Shown here: positions 26,209-38,292 of the stretch, piece after piece
How positions within the stretch are numbered: the stretch's first letter is position 1
Layout of the letters: every line of letters starts with the position of its first letter
Source of the DNA: Laetmonice hystrix
Lineage: Eukaryota
Length of the DNA: 64,000 nucleotides
Direction: 5' to 3'
Assembly: GCA_965235115.1 (NCBI GenBank)
Contig: OZ249436.1
Span: 62,744,001 to 62,808,000 of the forward strand
The notes under the pieces: model-generated
Databases searched by the model: none
Told to the model about the DNA's origin: nothing
What the model saw: only the letters and a program-made list of their open reading frames with translations
Translations under genes and position numbers: made by a program

Positions 26209-28532
26209 CAGTGACAACCAGACAATGACTGCCGCGGTTGAGTTCATCTCTGTGTCGAAGTCTGCTCGTCCGATGTCCTTTTATATAGAGTACCGAGCTC
26301 TTGAGGGCAAGCCAGGCTTTACCATCACATTGGGGAGCGGGCGGTGCCAAGCCCAGCCCACCCCTCCCCACCCCAGCGCTGCCATTGCCCCATTTTACAC
26401 CATACTGTTACATAACTTTTCTGCTAGGAGTAAACTGCCAGTCAGCTATAATCAATTCTAATTACTAGTTGGCGGGGTCTAGGCCCGGTACAAACCCATT
26501 GCCCTGGGCTGCTGACAAACTTGCTTCAATCAAGGTTGGGGGGTTGGGTGGGTGGAATAGCTAACTGAGGCAGGCTGTTAGTTGGCAGGACCGTTCGTCC
26601 ACGGGCGTCACACCTGCAAACAACTGACTGTCGCTGACACCATTGTTGAACATGCTCTTAAATAATAATCAGGTACTTTTCTCTGACCCTTCTCTTGGTC
26701 CAGCCGGGGCTTCAGTGGCCGTTTAAGTTAGTTTTTTTTTGTCATGCTTGGCAGACATCCAAATAGAGCGGTTTCAACGGCCACTGCACGGTCGAGTGCC
26801 CCCCTCGCCCGCTTCAATCACACACCGGGTTGTGCCACAGTTCTTGCCCTCGTTTTTGTTCGAATTATCATTGTCGCCAAACGGGGCTAAAAAACTGATT
26901 TGTGATATACAGGTCAATATATTCTTGCTAATATGAATATATAACAACGATTGATCCCCTATTTTGCCGATCCCACATCCCATATCAACCCATCACAACA
27001 TCCAACTGGTTGACTAGGAAGACATTCAAACACTTGAATCACGCAGAGTTAGCGATACATTGTTGTCTTCTCAGGTACAAAACGCCATGCAGACAAACCA
27101 TTGTATGCAAATAACACAACCAATAAATATCTTGGCGGCCACTCCATTACTTTTTTTTACCCTACCCTCCCACTTCTGCAATGATGACCGAGCTCACTTG
27201 ATTTCTTTTCTTTCATTCCGCTTTTTTTTCCGAAGGGGGGCTGGATCTGTAACTGTGCCGACATGGTGGCGTCACCAGGTCACGCTGTGCTCGAGGCAGC
27301 TCGCTGGCGATTTGTCGTGGTGGAAAAATTCACCGGCAGATCCGAGATCAGTTTTCATTGTTGCTATGAATGTGGAGAGCAGGGCCCAGCCTGCAGTCGG
27401 CCGGCCGGCTTGCCGGGGGAGTCAGTATCTGCACAGAGATCAATACTCATATATCATCCACTCTATTGGCTCAGCTTTAATAGCGGCGGTTTCTTATGTC
27501 ATCTGATGTTTATTTAGCATGACTTTTTCCTGGTTTATACTCGGTCCACTAAAGCATGGATTAATCTTGACATGGCACAGTTCAACATGGAATGATCGAG
27601 GCGGGCGGGCAGTACAACACAACGATGAAATCAAGCCAGACGAAGTCCTTTTTATATCAAGCTTGTTTTTTGCCACATCATAACAACACAACATACCACG
27701 GCAATTGGGTCCGAGTCTACCTGTCTGTATTTCATCCCAATCAACCTGACCATAATGCCAACTACCTTCTATTATGGTATGCAGCCACCTGGAACCGATA
27801 CGGGTGACTGGGGGTAACTGCCCACTCGTCAGCAACTTTTTATTAGGAAGGAAGCTGAGACACCGGTTTCCCGCCTTTACTGGTGGCTCAAATGTTGATC
27901 CTCTGGCGGGTACTGCAGCAACTAAAAAACCGGCTAACACTCCTTCTTTCTTGACGCATGAATACACGCCCCAGCCAAACGGTAAACTAATTTCCTACGA
28001 TATCAAATTAAGAAGGGATGACATTTCATCAACAACAGGACGTCAACCGTCTGCAGCTTTTGTTCACATGTGCCAGGCCCAGCACGTGTTGCCCCACGAG
28101 CTCACACGCCGATCTGGACTGACACCTGGCGGACTACGCCCGAACTACAAAACCGTTTCTTTGACTTGTCACATGGTTTCATCATTGCGAACAAAACATA
28201 CAGTCACTATGTCGCCTTGCATGCTTGTTTTTGCATCATTTAATGTAAATGTTGGAAAGAAACCTTATATATTAAGTTTCTTTTGGTCTGTTAATATCTT
28301 AGTATTTATAGCGGTTCAATTTTCTGGAGCAACGATTGACCACCTATGCAGGCCTTGCGACTCATGCACCAGGCATAATAATCGTGAGATGCCCCCCGAC
28401 TGCTAATGATTTGGTTTCGAAGTTGTTGATCCATACATGACCGACTGAACCATCATAAGTCATCAAGGATTGATCAAAGGACAAGTCAGCCATCTCTGTT
28501 GCGGACAATCAACTGCTTCCCAGGTGACTGCT

Positions 28533-28546
28533 CTGCCACCTACCGG
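28533..28546 (-). promoter_or_regulatory. CTCF-like motif (CCGGTAGGTGGCAG)
   Basis: One mismatch to CCASYAGRKGGCRS. Confidence 0.4.
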
Positions 28547-29058
28547 GCTCATGTATAACTACCCTGGATAACATTGAAATGGAATCGACTGTTTCATAAT
28601 GTGGCAGTAGATAAAATCAAGAATCTGCTGTAAAGATTGAACGAACGACTAAGTGGCCATGATGTAAAATAGATCTGTTTCATACTATATCATTTTAATG
28701 AATGCTTGTATAGATTTATAGAAAGACATAAAAAGATCTACACCGTACATGCGCTGCACACCTTGCTTTGAATGACGCATATAGTATGCGTGGAGTGCGT
28801 GATAAAAGCTTCACTATCCATCCTACATACAGAGGGACTCTGATTATGTAAGTAGATCTGATCTTACTTGCCAATCCGAGACAAAATGATAATGATACCG
28901 ATATCTCATGGGAAATGGGGTAAAGGACTCTACAGTAGTACACAAACATGACACTCATGCATTGAAACAATCTAAGGACACGCAAGTATTTACCACAAAA
29001 AGGTCTCTCAACAAGGGACCCCACAACATCTCAAACGATAAACTCGACAGTAACTGTA

Positions 29059-29072
29059 GTGACATCTAGTGG
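29059..29072 (-). promoter_or_regulatory. CTCF-like motif (CCACTAGATGTCAC)
   Basis: One mismatch to CCASYAGRKGGCRS. Confidence 0.4.
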
Positions 29073-30235
29073 AAGAACAAGACATTACGGCCTAGACTCG
29101 GACGCTGATTTATGACTGTTCTCCGTTATCAGTGTGAGACACGGACGCTCAAATATTCTAACTAGGTTCTCCATGTACATGAGATGGAAGTGTCCTCAGC
29201 GTCTCTCGACCTCGGTGGGCGCTTCTTAAATCTCCACCCTCATAGTGGCCGTAACTAGAGAATCTCGAAAAGCTAATCCCTCATGCTGTAAAATGCTTTA
29301 CATATGGGAACATCCCACTAAGACGGAAATATTTCCCTCGGAGGCTTTGTTCTTAATCAATCTCAGGTTGGCACTTAATTATTCTATTGTTACAGTGGCG
29401 AGAGAGACAGTTTACACAAACAAGTGCTTAAAGCGTGCTGTACTCTCTGTGTTGTTAATCAAATTGCCTTTTTGTCAGGCTTTAGCAGTTTCAGGTCAAT
29501 TAATTATTGGTTGATGATTCTGGGTGCCTTTGTCATTGGCTAGTTAACCTCGAGGAGGCCGTTGAGCCGGGTGGGTGGGTGGGTGGGCCGGAGATGAAGA
29601 CATTGGGCCGCCTGGACGGAGTACCCCGTCTACCGGCCGCCCCTGGTGTCCTCACCCCTCCTCCCCAGGTGTCTCCCCGTGTACCGCCACTGCCGCCGTC
29701 ATTAGACGCAGGACGTGTCACTGTGGCTGACTTCTGAGTCACGCCCACAGCGCCATGGGCGACACCCCAATCATTTCATAAGCAGTAATAATGAAGAATA
29801 TTTCACGCCACTAATTTCATTTGCGCCGTGCTCCGGGGAGCCGGGTATCCAGGGCTGAGCGCGCGCTGAGCTAGGCGCTGGTGTTCTGACTCAGCATGTC
29901 ATGATGCTGGTGGTGGCTGGGTGGGTTGGGGGGATAGGGGACTGGGCGGGGGGGGGGGGGGGGGTTCCTGATACTGCTGAGGCCCACCGCTTCCCTCGCT
30001 GGGGGAGACAGACAGAGACACAGCGAAGGAGAGAGAGACGCTACTAATATAACAGCGGCGGCAGCATTCATTGCGAGGCACCTTTACCAATGTGGCATTC
30101 CCATCCGTATCAGCCCCATAACTCCCTCTCCTCCCGTTACCCCCTTCACTGAAACCACCCTCCCCTCTCCCCATCTGGCTCCTCCCCCAAATCAGCCGCA
30201 GCGCCGCTACCCGCACTCCACCGCAAACTTCCCCA

Positions 30236-30249
30236 TGATGACGTCATCA
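30236..30249. promoter_or_regulatory. Perfect 14-bp palindromic CRE/ATF site TGATGACGTCATCA
   Basis: Read directly from the sequence. It sits at the edge of a GC/CpG-rich segment (~29.5-30.4 kb). Confidence 0.5.
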
Positions 30250-30823
30250 CCCCATCAGATGGATCATTTCCTTTTTACCCATTCCGAATTTATTTGCGTC
30301 TCTCCCGTTTTTGTTTGTGGGGTTTCATTGGTTTGTCTAATCAATGTCCGCCGCCGAGCTCTTTGTCCAGTTCCAATGTCTGCACGCAGAACGACCTGCC
30401 ACCAATGGCTTTCGTAAATGATTCAAAGTAAACTGAACACGGTCAACTGCCGCCGTAATCAGGTTCATAAAACACACATCACAGATGATAAGATCAAATA
30501 GTTACAGTTGAAAACTCAGTACTTCTGGATGTTACCCTTCCACGTTTCTGTCATTCTCACACATTTGCATTGTGTTAATAATCATGTCAGAAAAAAGCAT
30601 ACTCAGGTAATTCAACAATCGTGAGGAAGAACAATATTCAAGATTACCCGTGTAAAAGACATGACACTGCCCTTCACCACTCAAAACCCACTGATCTCCT
30701 CTCAGTTTTTAACTTGTCCTTTGAACCTTCTTGTTCGGGTTGGAAGAAATCTTCTCAGCTAGGGAGTAGGATATGAGTATCTGAAGGGATCCTGAAACGT
30801 GATGGAATGTAAAGGTCATTTAC

Positions 30824-30929
30824 CTGCTGATTTGGGTGAAAACTTGTCCCTGTGAGCTGCACATACTGCCAACAACCGGTAGCCAAGGTCAAGGTCATAG
30901 CCTGGCCGTGCTGCCACCTGGCTCACCAC
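30824..30929 (-). CDS. zmiz1: ZMIZ1-family coding exon 3 ([35 protein letters not shown]+G)
   Basis: 106 nt, phase 0-1, acceptor TCCTATTCCAG|, donor CAG|GTAAAT. It matches the recalled human [35 protein letters not shown]. Confidence 0.97.
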
Positions 30930-33820
30930 CTGGAATAGGACAAGGTCAGACAAAAGTCAAACAAGGTCACACCACACTCCCACACCACACCCCAGTTACG
31001 TCGTAGGGAGCCAGTCAGACGCACACCGTTGGCAGACTCGACAGATCACTTACACCCGCATACGGAGCACAAAGCTGGCCAGCTGATCGATATGATCATG
31101 TCTCCTAAAATACCACATCATTCAATCACTGTTGGAAAGGATACAGATGTGAGAAATCCACAACTTAATATATCAGGTATATATATTTAAGGTAATTCTG
31201 AGAAGAGGAGACGGAATTAACACACTTTCTACTGGGGAACTTCTGCATCTGATTAATTAATGAATTATCCAACAAAACTTTGTCCTGTAAAAACAGTGTA
31301 CATGAATTGGAAGAGACCATCTTGGCTGTTATTTTATTCTTCTATGTATACTAACTGCTCAGTGATGAAAGTGTCTATTTCTGTTGCCATACTAATATTT
31401 CAATCTGACTGATGTCTTTACCAGTCTGCTTTGAATGATTAATCAATATTGTGGCGTTTCTAATAGCGGTTTTCTTGTTATTTTTTATTCTCTTTTTCAC
31501 CCCTCTTTTCCACCCTCTCCGTACTGCTATACTACGCATCTACGCTGTAATTACATTAACTACACTCCCATCAACGCAAGGCGACACCCACGCTGGCGGA
31601 TCTGTAATTAATCTCTCCGCCTCCCCCTCACCCTTTAACTCGACTGCTGCTCAATACACATACGATACCAAGTAACACCAATCAAGACATGCATTCAGAT
31701 TACCACGTCACTATTTGCACTGCTTTATGTTTTCCGACAAATATTCACGCAAATATTGAAATGACAAGACGACATCATCGCCATTTAGTCCTCAAATATC
31801 GACAGAAGCACACAAATCAAATTGGTAAAGTAAATAAATAAATAAATAAAATTTTGTTTCTCCTACAAATTGTATATTCCGGTACAGTACTTTCCTTTAC
31901 GCGATGTCACCCCGATTAATAACCGACATTATGTGCCAACCAACCGGTGTTTAAAAAGTAAACCTGACCCAACGGAGCATTAAACTGTCGCCTTCACCCT
32001 CTGGTTCTAGTTATAACGGATGATGGGTCTAATAGTGTCTGCCCATACACAGCCTATATGCGGCAGGCTCTCTCCAACACCGACCTAGCCCGGAGGCCAG
32101 TACTAATAGCAAAAATGTTATTTATGTGGTGTAATCTTTTACAAAGTTTTCAGCGGGGAGCAGAAAATGATCAATAAGTGCCCACAAAAGAAACAGCAAA
32201 AAGAATGTTATTACATGAGGACTTTAAAGCTACAAGTTATAATGAGACGATGATAAACAGGGAACTGCTACTTCTTGAGCGGCTTCCATATTTATATTCA
32301 CTGTTTATCAGACAATAACATCCTAATAAAGGCGTACTTGTAAAACCATATCAACGACCTTCTGGCCCATGATAACTGGCCATAATCCGAGTGATGGTTA
32401 TGGCTGTCACCTTCGTACAGTCTGAAGGGTCCTGTAACAGTTGTCAAATCAAACGGCCCAGATGTGTGGCCTGACGGGTCCCAGGTGGTTAGAACACACG
32501 GCGGCCGGCTGCTCAGCCAGTCAGTCCCAACCCTCCCTCCCTCCCTCCCCGCCGGTCGTCCACCTCCCCCGGCAGGTGTGCCAGCTATCTCTGTCATCTC
32601 CAACACCTCACCTGGCTCACGGCATGTCCTCGGCCACACTCCGGGAGCCTGTCCTCGGTGTCCCTTATCTCCCCTCCCCCTCCCGGTCGGCGGTTCATCC
32701 CCGTGTAGGCCGACCCGTATCAATCACCACCGCCCAACAAGTCGGGATCCACGGTTGATCAAACATCACGCCGCTAGTACCTTCTGTCCCGGAGTGTAGA
32801 CGGTCTCAACACGGTGTGACATCCGAGTGAGGACGTACCGTCATCAGTACTACCTGACGACAGCCCTTACACTGCCAAACCACCACATGTATCACTTTAC
32901 GGGTCAAAGTTTGAACACACACTTAGCTAACAAAAGCCAAATTTCTAAATGAGTACTTTTGCATTTCGACGTCATTAGGTCATGAGTGACAGGAAAACGA
33001 TGGCATTTGTACCTAATTTATATGGTATAAGATGAATGTCTTACCTGCGACATGTTGTCTAACAACCAAACGGTCATATAAACGGGAGAAGTATTTTTCA
33101 CTACTCTATGCAAATTATCTTGTTTAACCTTCCTTGTAATCGAAGATGAATAAATTCTCACACCATACAAGTCAATGTTGTATATATAATTAATACACGT
33201 ATATGATGGCTATTTGGTTGTACACTAAACAGCTGCTCACTGCTGTTATTGATATATTCAGTCCAACTAAAAAACATCCCTCCTATTTGTGCACACATTT
33301 ATGAACTGAATGAACTGTTTCCTCATTGCGTGTTTGATAATCTCAACACGAGTTGTGTGTTCGGTGGTGGTATGTTGCCATTAACGCAAGAATATTGGGA
33401 TGGGTAGACGACCACTGGCGATTGATGTTTTGATATTCAAAGATAAAACTTTAGATAGGATTACCGAGTATCCAGGCATGTATACATGAAACTAAACCGG
33501 ACTGTCCGGATGTTGTCAACTGTTTTTCACATTTTGGTCAGAACAACCTGAAAGGTTGCTGCTGATGGTCCTATCAATGATCTAACAGATTCATGTTAAA
33601 GACCCAGAAACATACCAAGGCTTCATCTTCAGACTTGGCATTCCTGTCGAATGTTGCGTAAAGAGGGGAAATATATTGAGATAAATTAACTAATCTACAT
33701 TCAGATCCTTTATTTTTAAATCGGATTATCCCTTTCAATGCTGCTCTGATGATGGATGTACATAGATTTTGCTACATTTTAACGTTCCGGTATATTTGGT
33801 AAGAATCCCCTGAGATATGT

Positions 33821-34600
33821 TCAAGATACCAACTTCAATAAGTGACTCTTTGCTGCCTCTATTTGGTGGAGAAATTCTCCTGTGTATCGAGCGGTGCTCA
33901 CCAATGCTATTATAGTGTACCCAAGCTTCCGTTCAGTGGATGGAGCCAGATAATTGAGCAGTGAGCAGGACGGCAAAATAATCATTGGCAAAACCGCAAG
34001 CAATATGAAGTCAAACACTGAATTATGAAAGTAGGGCGAGGAGGAAAAGGAGGCAAAGCTACTGTTAGCGTCATGATAAGCCAAATTTCCGGATAATGCT
34101 GACAGAGAATTCATAAAGACAGGATCAGTAAATACAGTTGATGTCTCAAGTGGGACATTTCTAACTGTTTCGTGATTGATCGCACTGGTGCCAAGATTGT
34201 CTTCTGGTGGAGCGCACAGCAACGAACTTTCAACGAAGAAAAATGGTAGTTTCTGTACTGAAACTATTACTCGGACTGATCTAATAATTCCTGCTGTTGT
34301 GGTAACACCACGGCATCATGTTTGGTGGAACGGTTTCAGCGTGTGTAGTAAATGTTGCCAAGAAACCGACACCCTGATCTACGGCGAGGGTCTGACAGCA
34401 GCCTGCTCAATCTTTCCGGTTCACACAGCATGGAATCAGTCAAGGCTTGCAGAACTTTTGAAAAACCACGCCAGTGATCTGGATTATCTATTTCAACCGT
34501 CCACCATGAGGAGAAGGCAGAGCCAAAGTTGTGCCTCTGTCGATCTGTACCGAGTTTTGTTCGTAGGAGAAGAGAAACAACGTACACATGTATGGGAGCT
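33821..34600 (-). pseudogene. Possible decayed intronless Cys-loop ligand-gated ion channel-like sequence
   Basis: Two minus-strand frames give collinear but weak motifs: PIHVYV, NPDHWRGF, LCEPE (compare IWxPD), VQKLPF (compare FPFD), LPMIILPSCSLLNYLAP (M1 P-x14-P) and ERKLGYT (compare EKISLGIT). The Cys-loop cysteines and key tryptophans are absent. Confidence 0.25.
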
Positions 34601-36094
34601 GACTGGCATGTTTCGGACTTCAAACAACAACACTGGTGGGAAATTCTTGTCTTGGAAATAAAACAGTCACTCACTGTGACGCTACCCTTTAGTTCCCATA
34701 AAACAGCTAGAGCCGAGCTCATATATAATGTGGAGAAGTGGGAATCATATGTTCTCCAAAAGAACAAAAGGAAACAATCCATGTTGACGGTGTGCTTGGT
34801 TGGGGTTGGGGGTATCTTTTGTTCGGACGCCATCAAATAGAGGACAGTTACTGAATTGCAAGCGAATGAAATGGTATAAAAAATATGCCATTTAAAACGT
34901 ATGAACTCAAATAGAAAGAAGAAATTGAGGGAAACCGAACTAAGAATTTCATAAGAATGAAGAACGGTGGAAACGTTAAACAATATATTAATCATTGGAT
35001 CATATACATTTTATAATAAACCATGGTCCATAAACGGGGATGTGTTTTATGAGACATAAAATCAAACAATTGATTTCAAAATAATACCGTTATTACTTGA
35101 TAACATAATATGGACGTACTGGTATAAACCTCATGCGGTTTTACATTTCTCTGACGCAGCGTCTCAGCCCGGTAATGAGAAAGCACGTAAGTTGGCGGTC
35201 CGAAGACAAACGATTTCCCTTGTGTGTGTGTGTCTGTTTCCTGTAAACAACGCCACACTAACAGATCATTGTGATCTGCAATATTCGCTCGTCTATGACA
35301 TCGGAATTCTCCGAGGAGGTCAACGACATTCTGGCACGGAGACGTCAATTGGGCCAATCCAGAGAATGCTACTGAAGACACAGTAAAAAGCAATGGGCTT
35401 GAGGCTTGGTACGACTGCCTTCAAAACAGAGGTGTACTTTTTTCTGTTTAAGTACAGCCCTTTAAAGTGGCCCCTTGGCTTAACAGTTAGGGCTATTGAT
35501 CATTTGTTACGATTGAACCGGTTGAATAGAACAGCATCATTATTTTCATCATCGTCCTCTTTGCGATCATCAGTTCACTTTTGTGTAAAGTTAACAAGAT
35601 GCTATTGATTCCCACTGTACTATAGATAAACATAATCTGTACATTTTTTTAAATTCATTTATGACTGAAATTGTCGATCAAATATTCTCAGAAAAGCCAT
35701 TTCTTTCTTTTTTTCCTGATGTGCAGTAGAAGGTTCCTATTCGGCACACTATAACTGAACTGTGAACAAAGTGTTGCCATTACAACGGAAGTGGAACTAA
35801 CGTAGAATGCGGCGATATATTGGTCAACAATGACGTCATGATAATATCTTGAGTGCATTCCATGACAAGGGGGCATTTAGAAGGATAAGGACCACTTGCT
35901 GCTTAACGTAGGGCTCCTGCGGTGGCCACCAGCCAACCATTGCGGACCCGAGTGCCAAGCTTGGCCATGGTTGATGCCATTTCAACGTTCACTGACACGA
36001 AGGCAGTTGTCTAACGCTGAGGCAACATCATCTCCAATACATCCTCTTAACACCACCAGTCTGTTAATGCACATTACGCTGCACAAGAAAAGAT

Positions 36095-36144
36095 GCAGCC
36101 ACAGCCGCAGCAGAAGCAGCAGTCGCAGAAGCAGCAGCAGGCAG
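36095..36144. repeat. Imperfect (GCA)n low-complexity tract
   Basis: gcagccacagccgcagcagaagcagcagtcgcagaagcagcagcaggcag. Confidence 0.7.
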
Positions 36145-37995
36145 AGACATTCTAGCCGTGGCGGCCGCGTGTCAATGCCTGCATACTGAGTGCCTCGACT
36201 CACCCCAACAATGCCGCCACTGAGTTCCACTGCCGACGCTGCCTGTGAAAACTAAGTGGAAAGGAGCCATCTCAATGACATAATGAGGCAGCCGCTGCTG
36301 CCCACTGTAAAGGTCACCGGAGCAAATCTTGGCAAACAGTTGGCATCGCTTTCAGTGCTTGCCACCTCTTACTGCCCCTCCTCTCTCTCCCCTCCTGCCT
36401 CCCGACCTCCTGTGCCACTCATCACCCAACATGCCTAAAATACCATTTGCAAGACTCCTGTTACCATTTCGGCCTCATCAACAAGTTCAGACAGGAAACC
36501 GTGAATTAAGTCGCAAATGGCTAGAAACATAACAAAAAATCGATTTATTCAAATGACATCTCTTTTATATTGTCATGAGCAGCCATGTCTTCTGATAGCA
36601 ATAACTGTAGCGTGGTGTCTTGGCGCGCCGACTGCGGGCGGTTTCTGAGGGTAGCGGTTGGGTATCGGTGGGCATGCCGCCCACTACCGCTGAGGATGGG
36701 GGAGCCAGGAGTGATTGTAGCAGATCAGAAAGCGCCCATCGATCAATAGACCCGGCCGAGGAAATTGATTCTCACTGAAATTGTGACAGTGATCCCAGGG
36801 GAATCCCACGATCAGGGGAGATGGCCTGACCGTCTGCAGTCCGCCTGATACATACCGTCTACAGCCGCCCATCCTATTCGCCTCATTTACACCGCTCCAC
36901 CCCGAAAACAAAAGAGGCAAACAACCTTACTGACCGGCCGACCCGTGTCATTGAAGCTTTCCCACACGATCCTCATATAAACCAATTGTTACAACCCACT
37001 TACCCATGCTACCCAACTCGTAATCCCTCCCTAATACCAAACGGTGACCGTTGACACTTCCAACGACTCCAAAGCTTATTTTTCCCCCATTAAGAAATCT
37101 ACTACCGTTGTAGAAAAACTGCTTAAGTGTACATTGCTTATTACAAGGTTAAGGGTGCACGCTTAGTTTGCCCAGCCAGCCACATAACTCAGTCTGTCAA
37201 TAAACATACGATCGCTCCCTTGCTACACACTCCTGACCCCTGGTGGCTGAAACTGCCATTACCGCGATCCAGTTTTATGAGGTGGACGTAAGGCCATGCG
37301 TGCGTGACCGCTCCCTCGCATGTGGGTAGAGAGAGACATCTTGCGGTCAGAATTCGGCGTCCTTCCAATATCTAAAACTAATGCAGCCGTTAATCAGCAT
37401 AAAATAAAAATTTCGCTCTCACAAAGGCACGGAAGATGTTTCAACAATAACAATCATTTACAAATGGCACAGAAGGCTACACCCCCCCCCCCCCCCCCCG
37501 ACCACAAGATTATCTGCTTCACGAGCCGTAAACATCAAATGGGTTGTACAGGTGAGAGAAAAACAAACCACAGCATTCATCTTCGTTAATTAATGGAAAA
37601 TATTTCTCAAGTCTGGGATACCTAAAGCTCTTATAGCTATGCTATCAGTTGATGTAGAAAAATCAAAACAAATCTTGAAAGTCGGTTGTATTCCATTTGG
37701 AGCGTACCGATTCAACAGCCAAGTCCCTCTTCATTTAAGGAGACTCGGGTCCCTTACCTATGTGGCTTAGCCTGACCCTGAATTAGAGATATACCAATTA
37801 ATTATACATACGATGTTAACATGATCCGTGAACACCTCTACTCGGCGTCGGCGTCGGTAGGGAATCAGATCCCACCTGACGTTAGTGACAGGTGAGTTGA
37901 GCTTACCCCCAGGTGTGCTCATGTCTGATCACTGTCAGTGGCAACTGTGTCAGCCTTTCTCAGCGAAAGGCCACGCCGCCAATATGATTGATTAC

Positions 37996-38292
37996 CGCCT
38001 CAATGGCTTTTCTCCTATTGACATCCGCCTCCACAGCTTTACTCGTATACTTATTACAGCATCAATAGGCTTTACTCCTATTATTGACTGCCCCAATAAC
38101 TGTACCCCGACTGATCACCGCCACAAAAACTTTACTACTGTTGATCTCTGCCTCAAAAACTTAATTACTTCTGTTCATCTTTCCCTCAAAAAATTAACTC
38201 CTTATCTCCGCCATAATAGTTTTACTCAGTTTGACCATCGCCTCACCAGCTTTACGCATGTTGTTGACCGCCCCCAAAGCTTTATAACTTGA
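37996..38292 (+). repeat. Degenerate ~30-bp tandem repeat (~10 units)
   Basis: Units begin CGCC/TGCC and carry a GCTTTACT/ACTTTACT core (for example cgcctcaatggcttttctcctattgacatc and cgccacaaaaactttactactgttgatctc). Confidence 0.8.

Larger units (their letters stand above)
1..30823 (-). other. zmiz1: zmiz1 intron, probably >30.8 kb and running off the window
   Basis: It starts at the exon 3 donor. A by-eye scan found no W-C-E-E-L-G-R-L-L-L-L-R-like next exon in 1-30823. Confidence 0.6.

Noticed and set aside
27774-28406. 210-aa plus-strand ORF as a nested gene
   Set aside because: No recognisable domain or coding-like composition. Overlapping antisense ORFs suggest a chance open frame.
34515-34620. 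piggyBac cysteine-rich C-terminus (RRRETTYTC) on the plus strand
   Set aside because: The required cysteine pairs are missing and no DDD core or TTAA-flanked TIRs are nearby.
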